IMG/VR virus record: IMGVR_UViG_3300017909_004140
Span: 1 to 64,000 of that record
Origin: a virus
Taxonomy: Duplodnaviria > Caudoviricetes
Length of the DNA: 64,000 nucleotides
Reading direction: 5' to 3' (one strand)
This document shows positions 8,963-17,881 of the stretch, one piece after another. The notes under the pieces are model-generated. The model worked only from the letters and a program-made list of their open reading frames with translations, ran no database searches and was not told the DNA's origin. Made by a program: the position numbers and the translations under genes. The stretch's first letter is position 1. Every line of letters starts with the position of its first letter.

Positions 8963-9244
8963 ATGGCAGCTAGAACAGTTAGTGGACATGGTGTAGACTT
9001 AGGTCTTAAGTCACAGCCAGGCGCCCCTATGGGAGGCTCTGATAAACACGGAGCAATGGGGCCTAATAAAAAAATGAAACAAGCAACAAACTTTGGAAAC
9101 TCTGGACTTTCTGGTTATTCGGCTACCGTAGACGGTGTCGAGGCTGAAGGTACAATGACTAAAAAGTCTTCTGTTGGTGGAGCAAGCGGCTCTCGTCACA
9201 TGGGCGGAGGAAAGTTTCCTAACATGGTCAAGGATATGAAGTAA
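8963..9244 (+). CDS. Gly/Ser/Met-rich small protein
   Basis: 93 aa low complexity; AGGAG SD. Confidence 0.75.
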   Translation: MAARTVSGHGVDLGLKSQPGAPMGGSDKHGAMGPNKKMKQATNFGNSGLSGYSATVDGVEAEGTMTKKSSVGGASGSRHMGGGKFPNMVKDMK

Positions 9245-9245
9245 G

Positions 9246-9539
9246 ATGGCTGAAAAATATGCAGGACCTGATAGAGAACCTTTTGAAAAGCGTTTAGCTC
9301 GTTCTATTGAGATTAGAGGCGAAGGTAAAGTTCAGCCTGTGGGTGGAGACATGTATAGAACTATCGCGGGAAGTGAAGTAGATAAAAACCTCGAAAATAT
9401 TATGAAATACGATGAGGCTAATAAAATCATGAAACGCCGAGCTTCTCTAGAAAACGTAACTGTAGTCGGAGAGTTTTCTTCTGCTGATGGTGCTGTATAT
9501 AAGCCTAAGGTTGTAAAACATAAAGCTTTTAGTAAATAA
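9246..9539 (+). CDS. Hypothetical protein
   Basis: 97-aa ORF in the same operon. Confidence 0.75.
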   Translation: MAEKYAGPDREPFEKRLARSIEIRGEGKVQPVGGDMYRTIAGSEVDKNLENIMKYDEANKIMKRRASLENVTVVGEFSSADGAVYKPKVVKHKAFSK

Positions 9540-9563
9540 TAGGTGCTAAAAACAGTAATTCAA

Positions 9564-9603
9564 ATAGAGGAACTGTCGAAAGGCACTTCCTCTATATTTT
9601 TTT
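9564..9603 (+). terminator. Intrinsic terminator
   Basis: ATAGAGGAA-CTGTC-GAAA-GGCAC-TTCCTCTAT followed by a T-run. Confidence 0.7.
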
Positions 9604-9617
9604 ATAGGAGATAAAAC

Positions 9618-9773
9618 ATGTCAATAACTAGTGTAGACGCTTTTACTTCTACAGTTGCAACGAAAAAGCAAATTAAAAAACTAATGAACACTCGTAAAAA
9701 ACAAAAGAAACGTCCTGAGTTTTCATATGGAATAGCTAATCCTCCAGTTCGTAAGTTAGTTAGGAAAAAATGA
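9618..9773 (+). CDS. Small basic protein (51 aa; not in ORF track)
   Basis: AGGAG SD; ATGA overlap with 9770. Confidence 0.65.
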   Translation: MSITSVDAFTSTVATKKQIKKLMNTRKKQKKRPEFSYGIANPPVRKLVRKK

Positions 9774-10855
9774 GTTTAACAAAAGTTTCTTTAAACGCAA
9801 TTACTGCTGAAAAAATAGGCACCACTGCTAATACTACTAGTGGTGCTAACGTTGTTTTTCTAGCTAACGTAGCTCCTACAAGTGATTTGGTAAGTAATCA
9901 GGTAGGATTGCTTAAAGGAAATTTTGTAGACTTTGTAGCATCACCGACACAGCCACAAGTACAAGGAACAACAAGCGGTTATACTTCAGGAGGTTTAAAT
10001 CCTGCTAACTCTGACGTCATTGATAAGTTTCCGTTTGCCTCTGACTCTAATGCTACTGATGTAGGAAATCTTTCTCTGGCACGTCAAAGAATCGCAGGAG
10101 CATCTTCAGCAAGTCATGGGTATTCTTCTGGAGGGTATGTGGCTCCTACTTATAGAAATACAATTGATAAATTTCCTTTTGCTGCAAATAATAATGCGGG
10201 CGATATCGCTGACTTGCACACAGCGGTAAGAGGACAAGCAGGACAGAACTCTACTAGTGATGGATATGTAACTGGAGGACAAGATCAACCTTTATATATT
10301 GATAATATGCAAAAATTTTCTCTTTCATCAGATGAAAACGCTACTGATATAGGAGAGTTAACAGACGCCAGAAGAATAGGAACAGGAAATTCGTCTACTA
10401 CTCATGGATATCATGCAGGGGGACTTGGAGCAGGTGGCGTACCCTCCTATCACCATATAGATAAATTTCCTTTTTCTACTGATCAAAGTTCCACTGATAT
10501 AGCAGAGCTATCGGCTTCTGTTTATAACATGGCGTCTAATGGGGCAAACTCTGATAGTCATGGATATGTAGCAGGAGGGTATGATAACAATCCCTCTGGA
10601 GGTGTTGGCCCAGTAAATATTATTCAAAAATATTCTCATTCAACTGATACTAATGGTACTGATGTAGGAGATTTAACTAGCCCAATCTTTGGAGGTACAG
10701 GACAATCCTCTACTAGTGATGGGTATCAATCTGGAGGACAAGCACCTAGCATGTCTAATCGAATTGATAAGTTTCCATTTTCTTCTGATACAAATGCTAC
10801 AGATATTGCTGACCTGACACAGGCTAGAACGGGGCAGGCAGGACAACAGGTATAA
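9770..10855 (+). CDS. Repeat protein, predicted ~6-bladed Kelch-like beta-propeller (paralog 1)
   Basis: ~47-aa repeats G-Y-x-x-GG...IDKFPFxSDxNATDVGxL. Confidence 0.75.
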   Translation: MSLTKVSLNAITAEKIGTTANTTSGANVVFLANVAPTSDLVSNQVGLLKGNFVDFVASPTQPQVQGTTSGYTSGGLNPANSDVIDKFPFASDSNATDVGNLSLARQRIAGASSASHGYSSGGYVAPTYRNTIDKFPFAANNNAGDIADLHTAVRGQAGQNSTSDGYVTGGQDQPLYIDNMQKFSLSSDENATDIGELTDARRIGTGNSSTTHGYHAGGLGAGGVPSYHHIDKFPFSTDQSSTDIAELSASVYNMASNGANSDSHGYVAGGYDNNPSGGVGPVNIIQKYSHSTDTNGTDVGDLTSPIFGGTGQSSTSDGYQSGGQAPSMSNRIDKFPFSSDTNATDIADLTQARTGQAGQQV

Positions 10856-10857
10856 AA

Positions 10858-11904
10858 ATGACACTAAAACGAGTTAATATTAATAATATGCAAAGTCGAG
10901 GCGTTACTGCTGATACTCATCAGGGTAACGTAGTGGCAGGAATAGGCAATGTTCAAGTTTTTGTTGGAACAGATGTAACTCCGTTACTCCCAGTACCAAA
11001 ACACTATCACGGTGAAGTCGCAGGATACACTCTTGGTGGAGAAGATGGCAATCCTTATCCTACTCCCAATTACTCAACAGTTATTGATAAATTTCCCTTT
11101 ACATCTGATGCAAGTGCTACTGACGTAGGAGATCTTACAGAACCAGTTTCAAGACATTCTAGTGCTTCTTCTAGCAGTCATGGGTATAGGCACGGTGGAG
11201 AAGTAGGTCCTGCTCCTGTGTCATATTCTAATGTGATAGATAAGGTTCCTTTTGCCTCTGATACAAACGCTTCAGACGTGGGAGATATGATTGCCGCATT
11301 AATGCATACGGCAGGAGTTTATAGCTCTACTCATGGATATATTACAGGAGGACTATATCCCAGTACGGACAACATAGAAAAATATTCATTTGCTTCTGAC
11401 GGTAATGGAGTATTTATTGCAGAGCTTACTGGCTATAAAAACCGGCATGTAGGAACTCCGAGTAGTAGTGATGGGTACTGCATTGGAGGATACAGTGGAC
11501 CAAGCAATTTGAATGTTCCCGTAGATAAGATTAGTTTTTCAAGTGATACAGACGCTACATCAATAGGTGCTTTAGGGCCTTCTCATGCGTCTCAGTTTGA
11601 CAGTGCACAAGCACATTCTAGCGAAACTCATCTGTATGCAGTGGGAGGGACTCCTAATGCATCTGAAAAGATAACTAAATTTCCTTTTAGTTCTACATCA
11701 CCAGCAACTGACGTAGGAGAGTTGACTGGACCGACAGCCGGTGGAGCCTCGCAAAATTCAACGACACATGGATATACTTCAGGGGATTTTCATCAGGGTA
11801 AGACTAATACTATTCAAAAATACTCTTTCCTTTCTGACTCCCCTGCCACAGATGTAGGTGAAATAACTGTGGCTAGAGCGTATACTGCGGGAGCACAAGC
11901 ATAA
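10858..11904 (+). CDS. Repeat beta-propeller protein (paralog 2)
   Basis: Same IDKFPF..SD..ATDVGEL repeats. Confidence 0.75.
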   Translation: MTLKRVNINNMQSRGVTADTHQGNVVAGIGNVQVFVGTDVTPLLPVPKHYHGEVAGYTLGGEDGNPYPTPNYSTVIDKFPFTSDASATDVGDLTEPVSRHSSASSSSHGYRHGGEVGPAPVSYSNVIDKVPFASDTNASDVGDMIAALMHTAGVYSSTHGYITGGLYPSTDNIEKYSFASDGNGVFIAELTGYKNRHVGTPSSSDGYCIGGYSGPSNLNVPVDKISFSSDTDATSIGALGPSHASQFDSAQAHSSETHLYAVGGTPNASEKITKFPFSSTSPATDVGELTGPTAGGASQNSTTHGYTSGDFHQGKTNTIQKYSFLSDSPATDVGEITVARAYTAGAQA

Positions 11905-11905
11905 A

Positions 11906-12100
11906 ATGATAACAGTACTTTTACTAACAAGTGTACTATTTATGCACGATAATAAAGAGTTCTTTGAAACTGTTGAGCAACAGAGGCTTGAAGGATATAG
12001 GTGGCATAGTATTCATTGTCGAGATGCTGATCCCACACTACCTGCTATTGTAATTAACACTCCTACAGGCAGAAAAATAGTATGCCACAAGTTACAGTAG
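11906..12100 (+). CDS. Small exported/membrane hypothetical protein
   Basis: Hydrophobic N-terminus, two Cys. Confidence 0.6.
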   Translation: MITVLLLTSVLFMHDNKEFFETVEQQRLEGYRWHSIHCRDADPTLPAIVINTPTGRKIVCHKLQ

Positions 12101-12101
12101 T

Positions 12102-12656
12102 TTAAACTCCTGATGATCCGAACCCGCCTCGCTTTTTGTTCAGTTTAGCAGCCATTTCTTCTTTTAGATCTTTAGTAGCTGTTGGACTACTATCTTTAAT
12201 CTCTTGCTCAATTGTTTCAGCAATTTGATCTACATATTCAATATTAACAACAGGAACCTCTCTAATACAAGCTTGAGCAATCCTATCTCCAGGCCTAATT
12301 TCAAACGGTGACATACTCGCATTATAAAGAATTACTTTAATTTCACTTCTGTAAGAGTAGTCTACAGTTCCTGGAGTGTTAAGCACTGTAATGCCTTTAT
12401 TAATTGCTAGTCCACTACGAGGTCTGATTTGTAACTCCCACCCAATTGGTAGTTGTACTTTCATTCCTGTTGGAATTAAAGCATATTTTCCAGGCTGTAG
12501 GTATGAAATCTCTTTTAAACACGCAGGAATATCAAATCCTGCATCATGTGGATAGTTTTGTGTAAGTTCCCATCTTCTGATATTTGCAAAAGTCGGGCTA
12601 TCAATAAGATACTCTGCATCTTTTGTTACTTCTATTTTAATATCAACTGTTGACAT
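12102..12656 (-). CDS. dut: dUTPase (trimeric)
   Basis: Motifs AGFDI, RPRSGLA, GTVDYSYR, RIAQ, RGGFGSSG. Confidence 0.95.
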   Translation of the reverse strand: MSTVDIKIEVTKDAEYLIDSPTFANIRRWELTQNYPHDAGFDIPACLKEISYLQPGKYALIPTGMKVQLPIGWELQIRPRSGLAINKGITVLNTPGTVDYSYRSEIKVILYNASMSPFEIRPGDRIAQACIREVPVVNIEYVDQIAETIEQEIKDSSPTATKDLKEEMAAKLNKKRGGFGSSGV

Positions 12657-13497
12657 AGTTTTCTAATTCCTTCCATACTTCCTCACCATCTTTACCAGCA
12701 AGAATAGCTTCTTTATTATAGTTTTTTAAATTAATCATCTTTTCGTTCTTTTTCAGAAGATCTGCACTATCATTTAGATTATGAATATACTTAGCACGAC
12801 CTTTTAAGGGTAGTGCGTCTAAGAGCGCATCTAAACTCTCATACTCTTTTGCAAGTGCCTGTGCACGTTTCGGGCCGATACCCTCTACTCCAAAAATAGC
12901 ATCAGATTTATCACCTTCGATATATCTAGAGAAAAGATATAACTCAGGACTAATATCAAGACTTTCATCAAGATAATCTACATCAATCTCTCTACGAGAG
13001 AACATATTAAAGATAGACACATTACTATCTAGCAATTGATATAAATCTCTATCTGATGAAATAATCCATGTATGATCGTGGCTATCTGCACATTTTTGTA
13101 CAAAGTATGTGATAAGATCGTCTGCCTCAATACCTCTATACTTCATCTTTTCAAAAGGTAAATCTTCGTATGTAGCATTTAAACAATCAAAGAACGCTTC
13201 ATACTTTGCAATTTCTTCTGGCTCTTTTGGTTTTTTACGAGTTGACTTGTAGTCGTCACTCATATCAGAACGAAAATAACTTTTTCCAAAATCAAAACAA
13301 ACAATAATACGTCCAGCAGAGTAACTTTTACCTAAACTTTCAATAGTTTTAACGTAGTCTTCAGTAAAACTATCATAGTTTCTTCTTTGAATCCAGCGAT
13401 ACGCTAGATTGTTCCCGTCTACAAGTAATAGATTATTCCCATTACTATAGTCTTCTTGCATTTCTGCAAGATCATTCCAACCTTTTACATCGTTCAT
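12643..13497 (-). CDS. 5'-3' flap endonuclease (T5 D15-like)
   Basis: LLVDGNNLAYR, GIEADD, SSDRDL, GDKSD, GVEGIGPKRA (H3TH); adjacent to dut as in T5. Confidence 0.92.
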   Translation of the reverse strand: MNDVKGWNDLAEMQEDYSNGNNLLLVDGNNLAYRWIQRRNYDSFTEDYVKTIESLGKSYSAGRIIVCFDFGKSYFRSDMSDDYKSTRKKPKEPEEIAKYEAFFDCLNATYEDLPFEKMKYRGIEADDLITYFVQKCADSHDHTWIISSDRDLYQLLDSNVSIFNMFSRREIDVDYLDESLDISPELYLFSRYIEGDKSDAIFGVEGIGPKRAQALAKEYESLDALLDALPLKGRAKYIHNLNDSADLLKKNEKMINLKNYNKEAILAGKDGEEVWKELENYVNS

Positions 13498-13526
13498 TAG
13501 AACTCTCCATCTTTATGTTATGTTTA

Positions 13527-13555
13527 ATAATAACACAAGATTAGGCAAACGTCAA
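13527..13555 (-). promoter_or_regulatory. sigma70-type promoter for the D15-like gene
   Basis: TTGACG-N17-TATTAT on the minus strand. Confidence 0.7.
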
Positions 13556-13998
13556 ATATTATTCAGCTTTTTATACTGGTCTAACCAATCAGAAAGTAGA
13601 CCCATTTTAAATTTATGTTCAAAAGCATTTACGTATACATAGTGGTCTATCTCTAAATCATCGCTCCAACAAATAAAATCTTTTGAACGATTCCAACGAT
13701 ATATTAACAGAGGTTTTTTCTGCATTACCTCTGCTTCTCTACACGTTTGTTTCCAAAACTGATACAGTTCAGTAGACTTTGCGGTTAGTAGATTATTCCA
13801 ATTTACCTCTGCATAGTGTTTACACTCTATACAGTAAGGCCACGCAGCTGTATCAAAAGGTGTCCAAAGGTCTCCCTTTAAATACTCTATTGAACCGCTG
13901 AGTGGCATACGCTTAAACTCTATTTTAAGTTCTTTTGTTAGGATGTCACGTATTTTTGCTTCATACGCTCCTCCTTTAATTTTACTCTTACTCGCCAT
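13552..13998 (-). CDS. PD-(D/E)xK nuclease/resolvase (T5 D14-like)
   Basis: SKSKIKGGAYE, PLSG, GDL, IECKHY; T5 synteny. Confidence 0.8.
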   Translation of the reverse strand: MASKSKIKGGAYEAKIRDILTKELKIEFKRMPLSGSIEYLKGDLWTPFDTAAWPYCIECKHYAEVNWNNLLTAKSTELYQFWKQTCREAEVMQKKPLLIYRWNRSKDFICWSDDLEIDHYVYVNAFEHKFKMGLLSDWLDQYKKLNNI

Positions 13999-14004
13999 AC
14001 TATA

Positions 14005-14229
14005 TTATCCTAAAAATTTTGATAATTCAGTATAACCTCCTACATATTTATTGTCAATTAAAATCTGAGGGACAGATCGAACATCCTGTCCAATGGTTTC
14101 AATTAGTTCATTTTTAGTAATATCTGTACCAACCATAAACTCTTCATAGTCAATACCCTTTTTTTCTAAAAGAGTTTTTGCCATTTTACAATATCCACAA
14201 GTAGGTGTGGAATAAATTACTGCTTTCAT
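14005..14229 (-). CDS. Glutaredoxin
   Basis: CGYC, SVPQI, VGGY; next to nrdAB. Confidence 0.92.
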   Translation of the reverse strand: MKAVIYSTPTCGYCKMAKTLLEKKGIDYEEFMVGTDITKNELIETIGQDVRSVPQILIDNKYVGGYTELSKFLG

Positions 14230-14252
14230 AATATCTCCTTAGTAGCTTTGGG

Positions 14253-14381
14253 CTAATCTCCAATAGGACCTACGTAGATAAATCCTACTTTTACAGGTTC
14301 TGATGCTACTGCAATAGATGACATTAGTCCTATAAACATACTAATAACAACTGCATGAAAAACTTTTTCAAAATACTTCAT
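14253..14381 (-). pseudogene. Truncated BMP-family ABC substrate-binding protein (signal peptide plus first strand only)
   Basis: MKYFEKVFHAVVISMFIGLMSSIAVASEPVKVGFIYVGPIGD-stop; KVGFIYVGPIGD matches the N-terminal motif of BMP/PnrA proteins. Confidence 0.6.
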
Positions 14382-14396
14382 TTTTTTCTCTCTTTG

Positions 14397-15575
14397 TTAA
14401 AGTGAAAATCCCTTAAAGCTATCTGTGGTAACATCTTGTTTTGTTCCTCCAATAACATAGCTTGAGATTTCCGTTTCTTGTGGTGCTACTTGTACTTCGG
14501 CACCACTAATCCATTTTTGAGTCCAAGGTAATGGATTGGCACGAGGAACTGAATAGGGTGAGCTAAGACCTATTGCTGTCATTCTTTTGTTACCAATCCA
14601 TTCGATATAGTCTTTTAGTAGTTGCGCATTAAGACCAATCATAGAACCATCTTTGAACAAATAGTCTGCCCATTGTTTTTCTTGTTCAATAGCTTCTACG
14701 AACATATCTATCACATCTTGTTCACATTCTTTAGCTATCCTCACAAAATCTTTATCATCTTGTGGTAGTAGTTTTAAGATTTGTTGAGTACTGCCTAGAT
14801 GTACATTTTCGTCTCTTGCGATGAGTTTAATAATTTTAGCATTACCTTCCATTTTCTTAAGCTCTGCAAAAGCCCAAGAGCAAGCAAAACTTACGTAGAA
14901 ACGAACACCTTCAAGAATGTTTACACTAGCTAAGCACATGTATAGTCTCTTTTTTAAATCATAAAGAGAAATTTGTTTATTAAAGTTTTTTTGTCTTACT
15001 GATAGTACTTTTCCGTCTATAGGGTCATCATCCTCTTTAGACATCACAAAATGATTACCCTCACCAAATAGTTCATACCACTTTATATCGTCAATCAACT
15101 CATCATAGTATTTAGAAATAGAATCGGCACAATCTACTATCTCTTTGATATCCATTAATTCATCAAAAACTTTAGAAGGGTTAGGATAAACATTTCTAAT
15201 AATATGTGTATAAGACCTAGAATGAATACTTTATGAGAATGCCCAGGTCTCTATCCAAGTTTCTAATTCTGGAATAGTTACTACAGGCAAAAATGCTAAA
15301 TTAGGAGATCTTCCTTGTACAGAGTCTAGCACTATCTGTCTTTTTAAGTTAGCTGTAAATATGTGTTGCTCATGCTCACTTAAATCTTTAAAGTCTGCAG
15401 CATCTCGCAAAATATCTACTTCTTCTGGTCTCCAGAAAAATCCTAGTTGTTTATCAGTCAGCTTATCAAAAGCTCTATATTTTAAGACATCATACCTTTG
15501 CATACCTAGTTCTTCTTCATCTAAAAACATTTTTGCTTTTGTATGGTCGTTTTTCTTTGTATTTAGTACTGCCAT
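14397..15575 (-). pseudogene. nrdB: Class Ia ribonucleotide reductase beta subunit interrupted by one in-frame TAA
   Basis: The two track ORFs are in the same frame and read through as WAFS-TAA-SIHSRSYTHIIRN (canonical WAFSETIHSRSYTH). Other motifs (LDSVQGR, EGVRFYVSF, RDENVH, APQETEISSY) are intact. Confidence 0.85.
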
Positions 15576-15583
15576 TTCATCAC

Positions 15584-17872
15584 CTATATCACACAGCTTT
15601 CACAAGCTTCTTCATCTCCTAAATCTTCTAAAGGAAGACTTTCGCTTAGTTTACTAATATCTATTTCTCCTTGTCCATCAAAGGTATTAAAATAGTATAG
15701 TTGCTTACCTCCATATTTATAGAACATTAGCAAGTGTTGAATCATCTCACTCATTGGAATTTTTTCATCTTCATAAAACTGAGGATTATAGCTTGTATTA
15801 ACACTAATACCTTGATCAATATATTTTTGTAGTACTGCCATGATCTTTAGGTATCCTTCTGGAGACTTTTGATCCCACAATAAATCATACTTCTTTTTTA
15901 GTTTGTGAATACCAGGTATAACTTGTTTTAGAACTCCATCTTTCGATTGTTTTACACTTACAAAACTACGAGGCGGTTCAATGCCATTTGTAGCATTAGA
16001 TATTTGTGCTGATGTTTCTGCCGGCATAAGAGCCATTAAAGTAGAGTTTCTAATACCATATTGTTGTAAGTCTGTTCTTAAACTGCCCCAATCCATACGT
16101 TCTTGATGTGGGACTAATTCATCTACATCTTTTTTATATGTTTGATTAGGAGTAATACCTTTTCCATATTTTGTTTCTACTGATCCAGGACACATACCCT
16201 GTTCTTTAGCTAAAGTGCTAGACGCTTTAATTAAATAATAACTCCAAGCTTCTGCATATTCATCAATTAGCTCTAAGTCAGGATTTTGATAAGTGGTATT
16301 ATTCTTAGCCAAGAAATACGCTAAGTTGATTATCCCAACTCCAAGAGGCCTTCTTTTTTCAGTCGCAATCTCAGCAGCTAGTACAGGATAGTTTTGATAA
16401 CTAAGTAAAGCATCTAATCCTCTAACTGCAAGTTCACAAGGTTTTTCAAAGTCAGCTGGTTCTTTAATGTTACCCCAATTAATTGCTGATAGAGTACAAA
16501 GAGCAATTTCGCCGTCTGGATCATTAAAGTTATTTAAAGGTTTTGTAGGAAGATCAATCTCACAGCAAAGATTAGATTGATGAATGGGAGCTAACTTTTC
16601 ATCAAAAGAAGAATGGGTATTGGCATGATCTACGTTCATTAAATATATACGCCCAGTATTTTTACGCTCTTCCATAAAAGCTGAGAATAAATCTATAGCT
16701 TTGATAGTTTTTTTACGGATATCGGGATTTTTTTCTGCTTTTTCATACACTATCTTAAATAGTTCTTGATCGTTAAAGAAAGACCAGTATAGGTGTGGGA
16801 CGTCACTTGGCGAGAAAAGTGTTATATCACCCCCTTGAAGCAAGCGTTCGTACATTAATTTATTAAATTGTACCCCGTAATCCATGTGACGTACCCTATT
16901 GTCTTCTGTGCCTTTATTATTTTTTAACACCAAGAGATCTTCAACTTCATAGTGCCAAATTGGATAATACAGTGTGGCTGCTCCATTTCGCACACCTCCT
17001 TGAGAGCAGGATCGTGTAGCAGCTTGGAACATTTTATAAAATGGAATAACTCCTGTATGGTAAGCATCTCCGTTTCTGATAGGGCTTCCGAGCGCTCTAA
17101 TTTTTCCGGCTCCAATGCCAATGCCTGCTTTTTGACTGACATATTTAACAACAGCACTGGTAGTAGCATTAATACTATCAAGAGAGTCATCCGTTTCAAT
17201 AAGTACACAACTACTAAACTGACGTTGCGGAGTTCTAACCCCTGCCATAACCGGAGTAGGTAAGCTGATATCAAAAGTACTGATTGCGTCATAATAATCC
17301 TTTACCCACTTAAGTCTGCTATCTTTATCATACTCTGCAAATAAAGTCATAGCTATGAGCATATAGGCCATTTGTGGGGTTTCGTATATTTCTTTTGTAA
17401 CTCTATTTTGTACTAGATATTTACCTCTAAACTGCTCCATAGCAGCGTAGGTCAAATTCTCATCTCTTTTGTGCTTAATGTATTTATTTAAGTTTTCGTA
17501 TTCTTTCTTAGAGTATAAATCAAGTAAACTACTATCATAGAATCCTCTATCTACGTTTCTTTCTACAAGCTCTCTTAGAGTTATAGGGTCATATTGACCA
17601 TACACCATTTTACGTAAATGATAAGTAATAAGCCTGCCTGCAACATACTGATAATTAGGAGTATCTTCACTGATTAAATCAGCGGCAGACTTAATTAAGG
17701 TTTCTTGAATATCTGATGATTTGATACCATCATAAAATTGAATATGACTATGCATCTCAACTTCACTAGCAGATACTCCAGCAATTCCTTCGCAAGCAAA
17801 AAACACAACCTTGTGTAGTTTTTCGATATCTAAGTTTTCTTTATTACCGTTTCTTTTTATAACTTGAATCAT
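15584..17872 (-). CDS. nrdA: Class Ia ribonucleotide reductase alpha subunit
   Basis: N-terminal ATP cone, [27 protein letters not shown]-terminal CESC. Confidence 0.97.
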   Translation of the reverse strand: MIQVIKRNGNKENLDIEKLHKVVFFACEGIAGVSASEVEMHSHIQFYDGIKSSDIQETLIKSAADLISEDTPNYQYVAGRLITYHLRKMVYGQYDPITLRELVERNVDRGFYDSSLLDLYSKKEYENLNKYIKHKRDENLTYAAMEQFRGKYLVQNRVTKEIYETPQMAYMLIAMTLFAEYDKDSRLKWVKDYYDAISTFDISLPTPVMAGVRTPQRQFSSCVLIETDDSLDSINATTSAVVKYVSQKAGIGIGAGKIRALGSPIRNGDAYHTGVIPFYKMFQAATRSCSQGGVRNGAATLYYPIWHYEVEDLLVLKNNKGTEDNRVRHMDYGVQFNKLMYERLLQGGDITLFSPSDVPHLYWSFFNDQELFKIVYEKAEKNPDIRKKTIKAIDLFSAFMEERKNTGRIYLMNVDHANTHSSFDEKLAPIHQSNLCCEIDLPTKPLNNFNDPDGEIALCTLSAINWGNIKEPADFEKPCELAVRGLDALLSYQNYPVLAAEIATEKRRPLGVGIINLAYFLAKNNTTYQNPDLELIDEYAEAWSYYLIKASSTLAKEQGMCPGSVETKYGKGITPNQTYKKDVDELVPHQERMDWGSLRTDLQQYGIRNSTLMALMPAETSAQISNATNGIEPPRSFVSVKQSKDGVLKQVIPGIHKLKKKYDLLWDQKSPEGYLKIMAVLQKYIDQGISVNTSYNPQFYEDEKIPMSEMIQHLLMFYKYGGKQLYYFNTFDGQGEIDISKLSESLPLEDLGDEEACESCVI

Positions 17873-17881
17873 AATTAAACC

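Noticed and set aside
15156-15230. Intron or intein splitting nrdB
   Set aside because: The 75 nt between the two track ORFs encode the expected conserved NrdB residues in frame, so there is no inserted sequence
15231-15233. Genome-wide stop-codon reassignment suggested by the nrdB TAA
   Set aside because: TAA, TAG and TGA all end well-conserved genes at the expected positions, and no other gene is interrupted this way
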